Assembly (NCBI RefSeq): GCF_018977255.1
Contig: NW_024704742.1
Span: 55,924,001-55,988,000 of the forward strand
Length of the DNA: 64,000 nt
Reading direction: 5' to 3'
From: Callorhinchus milii
Lineage: Eukaryota
This document shows positions 59,065 to 64,000 of this stretch, one piece after another. Positions within the stretch are counted from its first letter, which is position 1. Each line of letters starts with the position of its first letter. Below the pieces are notes generated by a model. It did no database searches, was not told the DNA's origin, and was given only the letters and a program-made list of their open reading frames with translations. Both the position numbers and the translations under genes were made by a program.

Positions 59065-59207
59065 CTTCCATTTGATATAGCACCTTTTCAGGTCTTCAAG
59101 ACATCTCAAAGTGCTTCACCGAATATCCTGTAAAGTGAATTGACTAGATTGTGGGGGGCAAAACACGACAGCCAATTGGGCTCAGCAGTGTCCCACAAAT
59201 AGTCATG
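59065..59207 (-). mobile_element. SINE 3' fragment
   Basis: CATTTGATATAGCACC...CTCAAAGTGCTTCAC...TGTCCCACAAATAGTCATG. Confidence 0.75.
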
Positions 59208-60045
59208 GTAGCATTCTTAACTCTGAGTTAGAAGGTTGTGGATTCAAGCCCCACATCAGGAATTGGAACGCTAGGAGTGTGCTGCATTGTCTGCAGTAAT
59301 GTCCTTCGGATGAGATGTTAAACCAAGATTTTGTCTTCCTTTCCAAGTGGATGTTAAAGATCCCATTGCACTATATGAAAAGAGAAATTAGTTTCTCCTG
59401 GTGTCCTGGCCAACAATTACCCTAAATAAAATTTGTTACTCACTCTGTGGCTGTTTGTGGGACATTGCTGTGCACAAATTTACTTCTGTGTTCACCCCAA
59501 AATATAAATAGTCACACTACTTGTGAATCATGTGAACTGTTTTGAGATGTCTGAATGATATCAACAACAACAACTTGGATTTACATAGCACCCTCCACGC
59601 TGGACGGCGTCTCAGAGCGCTTTACAGTAACAGATCCCAGGACCAGGGGAGGGGGAGGAAGGTGACCAAAGGCGTGGTCGAAAAGAAAGGTCTTCAGCAG
59701 AGACCTGAAAATGGAAAGGGAGGGAGCGAGACGAAGGGAGTGAGAGGGCAGTTCCAGAGCCTCAGGGCATAGTGGCTGAAGACACGGCTGCTGAGGGTGG
59801 AGTGGAGGACTCGGGGGACGAGGAGGAGGCCAGACCCGGAGGAACAAAGGCAACGGGTACTGGTTTGAGGAGAGAGGAGGTCAGAGAGGTAGGGGTTGCA
59901 GAGGAGTGCAGGGACTTGAATACAAGGGTGAGGATCTTGAAAACGATCCTCTCTGGGATAGGCAGCCAGTGCAGTCTGGCAAGGACCGGGGTGATCGGGG
60001 CGTGGAGTTTCATAAGATTCCATATCAAATGATAGAATTATTATT
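59208..60045 (+). mobile_element. Deu-domain SINE with an L2 type B fragment (-, 59565-60021) inserted in its tail
   Basis: Deu core TGCTGCATTGTC...CTTCGGATGAGATGTTAAACC...GTGGATGTTAAAGATCCCATTGCACTAT...CTCCTGGTGTCCTGGCCAAC; L2 ORF APITPVLARLHWLPIPERIVFKILTLVFKSLH; TSD ATATCAA. Confidence 0.88.
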
Positions 60046-62282
60046 TTAATATTTATTATATTACAGCTTCTGTCTACTATTTCAGGAATTTGATAGATCA
60101 GTTCTTACATTGATATATAATTCAGTTAACTGAAATAAACAATTAGAATGGATGAATACTGATTTAATGGACAGCAATAATACAATGGGAGATCATCTCA
60201 ACTAAGAACTTAGCCTCAATTTCATTATTGTGTTATTAGTGTTCCATTAAGGACCTTGAGTCACTGACTGATATTAAATGTCAATTGATTATTTTCCACT
60301 AACTCATCTAAACTTCATTATGAATCAACATCAGTTAGCTACAGTCCCTTATTAACTTCCAAAGAAAAAAATCTCTTCCTCACTGGAGTGGATCAATTCT
60401 GGCACTATCAACCTTCAAGCACTTAGAACCAAATATTTACTGCTCTGCCTCAAATAGCGGGACATTAATCTTTAGGTGACCATTGGCACCTTTTATTGTC
60501 TTCTGTTAGAACTAGATCCCAACCTGGTGCTTCCAACATTGTGCTCAATTATAGGAAGTTGCAAAAGGCAAACATGGCTTTACTGGGAGAGAGGCAAGTC
60601 ATCTCGCACTATGTAGGAGATTTGAGAAAGATTTAATTTTGAATTAAAAACTTCAATGTGAAATCCCAAAATGATCTTTAAATACAGTGAAACAACTGCT
60701 ACTCTTTGCAAAGGACAGAAGCTTGCTTTAGAATCCAATTATGTTGAGCTTGTCTTTAAGGCATGTGTGCATTTACATTTCATTTGGGATTGGCAGTATA
60801 TTGGGTGTGAACATAAACTGGCAATTGGCTTTTTATGTGGAGTTCGTAGAAGTGCTGACTTGGCAAGCAATCCTAAATCAAGGAAAATCATTTTATATTC
60901 TTCGAGATTTTTTATTAAATCTCAATCATAGGTAGAAGTATGCCTGACCACTTGCAAGCAAAACTGATAATAATGCAGCTTGTGCTACCTTTCTGTTTTG
61001 CATCACATAAATCTGCGTTGCATAATATATTAACAAGCGGGTGAGCAACAAACTCACTGCATGTAATGTGTCCTTGGCTGGTCAGTTGCATGGTTACGTC
61101 TAACCTTGTTCTCCCAAGTACTGTGATCACTTCTGTTCATCACATGGTGGAGTAAAAGCAGCATTTGCATATCATAACCTTGCAACAATAATACCCCAAA
61201 TTATACAGTGGGAAGAAAATACCTGTTTGCAGTGGAGTTCAGGTTTTGTTTCAAAACAACAGCAATAAGAATCTGCACTTACCTGCATTTGAAAAGGACC
61301 TTTCATGTCGGGGAACAATTCAAAATGTTTTTCAAGTGTAATGTGAGACAGACACCAAGGAAGGATGGAAGTAATAACAATAATAAAAATAATCTTTTCA
61401 TTTTATAATGAACATTTCACAACATGGCAACATCTTGGGGGAAGGTACTCAAATGCACAATTACAGAGGCAGTCTTTTTGGTAGTTTTGAAAGCAGTGAG
61501 AGAGGATACAAGACTAAAGGATTTTGTTAGGGAGTTTCAGAGAGGGGGAATAATAGCTGAAAACAGCCCTTACGGTGGATCAGAGGGGATTTGAGTTTGC
61601 AGAGTGAAAAGAGTGGGGGTGGAGGAAATTTCAGAGGTAGAGTGATGTGAGAGTTTGGAGGGATTTGACAGGCAGCAAGAGAAATTGATCCAGTGGTTGA
61701 GCCTTGGGTGGTTAGGGGTGCAAAATGCAGTGAAGCACATTGGCATGTTTGGATTTTAACAGTGGAACCCGGGCCATTGCTAGAGTAGTGCAGTTTCAAC
61801 GAGGGTCAAATAGTTTTGAACTTGCAGCCTTGAGTTGTTTTGTGACTCAAAAAAGCATATTTTCCAATTATGAGAACTGGACATGTTATATTTGATGGTT
61901 TAAAAATAATGATGCTGGAAAATCTGATTCTCCATACACAGGCTGTGCTGGAAAGTTCTCATGCGGTGCAGATGCTATGGAATGTCTGCTCCCTTGTTAT
62001 GTTTGAGAAGTTGATGAGAATTTGCTTATACAGTATATGTATGTGGCGGAAGGTTCATACGAGGGCAGTGGAATGCAGTGGCTTTTGATGGCAGGGCTTT
62101 AACTGCTCAATACACAATTTAAACAAAGAGAAACGTATGACAGGCTTGTTGGGGGGCATTCTCAGGTCTTTTAATCTGACTTACCACGGTCCGTTTTTTT
62201 AAAATAAATGTGGAAAGCTACAAAGGATTACTAACTCACACAAGCATTCCACATTGATGCAGGAAAGAGAGAGTGAAAGGAT

Positions 62283-62400
62283 GCAGGGAGAGAGTGCGCA
62301 TTCCAATCACAGGGAAATTTCCATGGGTAGGTGGTGGGCATCTGTGGAAATCAGTCTGGTTTGGATACTCGTAAACATGGTGATGGGTTTCCAGATGTGT
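62283..62400 (-). mobile_element. Old repeat family A fragment
   Basis: 23/23 match to 6170-6192, plus CAGTCTGGTTTGGATA matching 6131-6146 in reverse. Confidence 0.7.
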
Positions 62401-63849
62401 CACACACCCGACTGATCAAAATAAAATGCAGAAACTTTGGGTCTGAAATACACATTGTTTGGATCATGTCACCTAACTGGTGCCAATTGGTTCTTCTGAT
62501 GAACATACAAATATGAAAATAAAATGTAATGCAGTGTTAAGGATGAAATAATATCCATTCAATAAAACATTCTTTTAGGTAAAAGACTCCCTCCCTACCT
62601 TACAGATTTTTGGCCTTAATAAAATATTTTTCCTAACAATTCCTTTTCAGCATGAGGTTGGCTATTTTAGTCGCTGACGTCTTTCACAGGAAAAAGACCC
62701 GCTGAGCTTCCAGCTTCAAACTTAATATTACTGGTAAACAATTCATGGGTAGAGTGGGGGGGGAGATGATGAACTCAATTCTGTCCTCCACACATGCACA
62801 CCTTACAGCAATGTTTTCTCAGCAATTGGGAGTGGAAACCCTGGTTATTTTTTTTCTTCCCTACTGAGAAGATGTTAAGGCCAGCATAGAGCTGATAAAT
62901 TCTCCAATACTAAAGTGGTCATCTGGGTCTGCATTGTAACGAAGTACATCTGAAAAAATATCCAATGTGTCAAACCCCCTCAGACATCAGTTCCTGTGTG
63001 ATGCTCCCTGCGCTGAGATAGTCGACTTCCAGAGCTGGACCTCTTCTACCTACTCTTCTTGTAGGTAGAAGAGAAAGTGTGAGGAAGGTTATTGTTGGAC
63101 TGGAGGTATTGTGTGAGCAATGGTTAATTGGATAGAGAAAGCATGCAGACTACTGTGCAGACATCTGTCAGTTGATTGCTATGTTGCAGAGATAGCCAGT
63201 GCAGTACAGTACTGGTAGAAGTAATAGGGGGCAATGGGATAAAATATCACTGAATTGACACTACATTAAAAAGACAAAACGTTTTTGACGAAGGATAAAG
63301 GATAAGAATTGTAAATATCGAATTTGAAATCAAATGGAAATCAAAAACTTGAAGAATATGACCATATGTCATTTCCTATATGGTACACATGTTTGGGATG
63401 TGCAGGAGTCATCTCTAACGTCACCTTCTTCACACAGTGATGTCAGTGGCATTTCCTTTACATAATACATAGGGACAATGTGTGGGAAGCGGCATTTGCA
63501 GCATTTCCTTTGCACGGACACTATGGAAGAGCAGACATTGGTGGTAACATTGCAGCGTATGGTGAGGAAGTTGGTAAAAGTAGGTTTAAGGAATTTTTTA
63601 AAAAATATGACCGTTTAAACTTTCTGTGAAGCCTTTGAAGAAAAGTCATTGAAGTGGAATTCAGAGCATGATTTATTTATTCTGGTTGAGTGGTCAGAGA
63701 GGAAATTGAAATGTTTGAATCTTGGAAATAAGGAAGGAAATGGAGCATGTTAGGCCAGTCAGTGAGTGAGCTTCATGCAGCTCACAACTGCATCAACCGT
63801 TTTACTGGGGGCAACAATGAAGTAAACAAACAAACAAACAAACAAATAC

Positions 63850-64000
63850 ACAAATAAATATTCCTCGCATTTGCTATAGAACTAGAGGATATTGTGTGAG
63901 CAATGGTTAATTGGATGTCTCAATGCACTTCACAGGATACACCATAAAGTGGATGTACTCTACATATTTTGTTGAGAACGCGGCATCTAATTTGTATACA
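63850..64000 (-). mobile_element. SINE 3' fragment carrying a foreign ~35-nt segment
   Basis: TTCCTCGCATTTGCTATAG [insert] GATGTCTCAATGCACTTCACAGG...AACGCGGCATCTAATTTG. Confidence 0.7.

Noticed and set aside
40219-64000. Next FAT1 coding exon
   Set aside because: No cadherin motifs (LDRE, DxNDN) seen in the ORF track or by eye; the exon is probably beyond the window.

Overview
Vertebrate genomic DNA, most likely a cartilaginous fish (shark or chimaera; inferred from the CR1, L2 and Deu-domain SINE landscape). The window holds the 5' part of the giant atypical cadherin gene FAT1 on the + strand. A CpG-rich, low-complexity region at about 27-33 kb is the probable promoter and non-coding exon 1. 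The ~3.3 kb first coding exon lies at 36933-40218 (ATG 36961), followed by ~24 kb of the next intron, in which I found no further FAT1 exon. As given, the exon has a 1-nt deletion at ~40128 that frameshifts the last ~30 codons; an assembly error is the most likely cause. The rest is intergenic or intronic DNA dense in retroelements: CR1 and L2 LINE fragments, a young tRNA-headed SINE in two subfamilies, and older Deu-domain SINEs, with several nested insertions that still show target-site duplications. Features the ORF track does not explain include a fossil PIF/Harbinger transposase, a fossil Gypsy gag-pol, a palindromic MITE-like family (one copy hit by CR1 at its apex), two old dispersed repeat families I could not name, a covarying 3' stem-loop shared by L2 and SINE tails, and locally templated insertions. 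I see no evidence for a wholly new biological system. All comparisons with known families are from memory and by eye; no searches were run.
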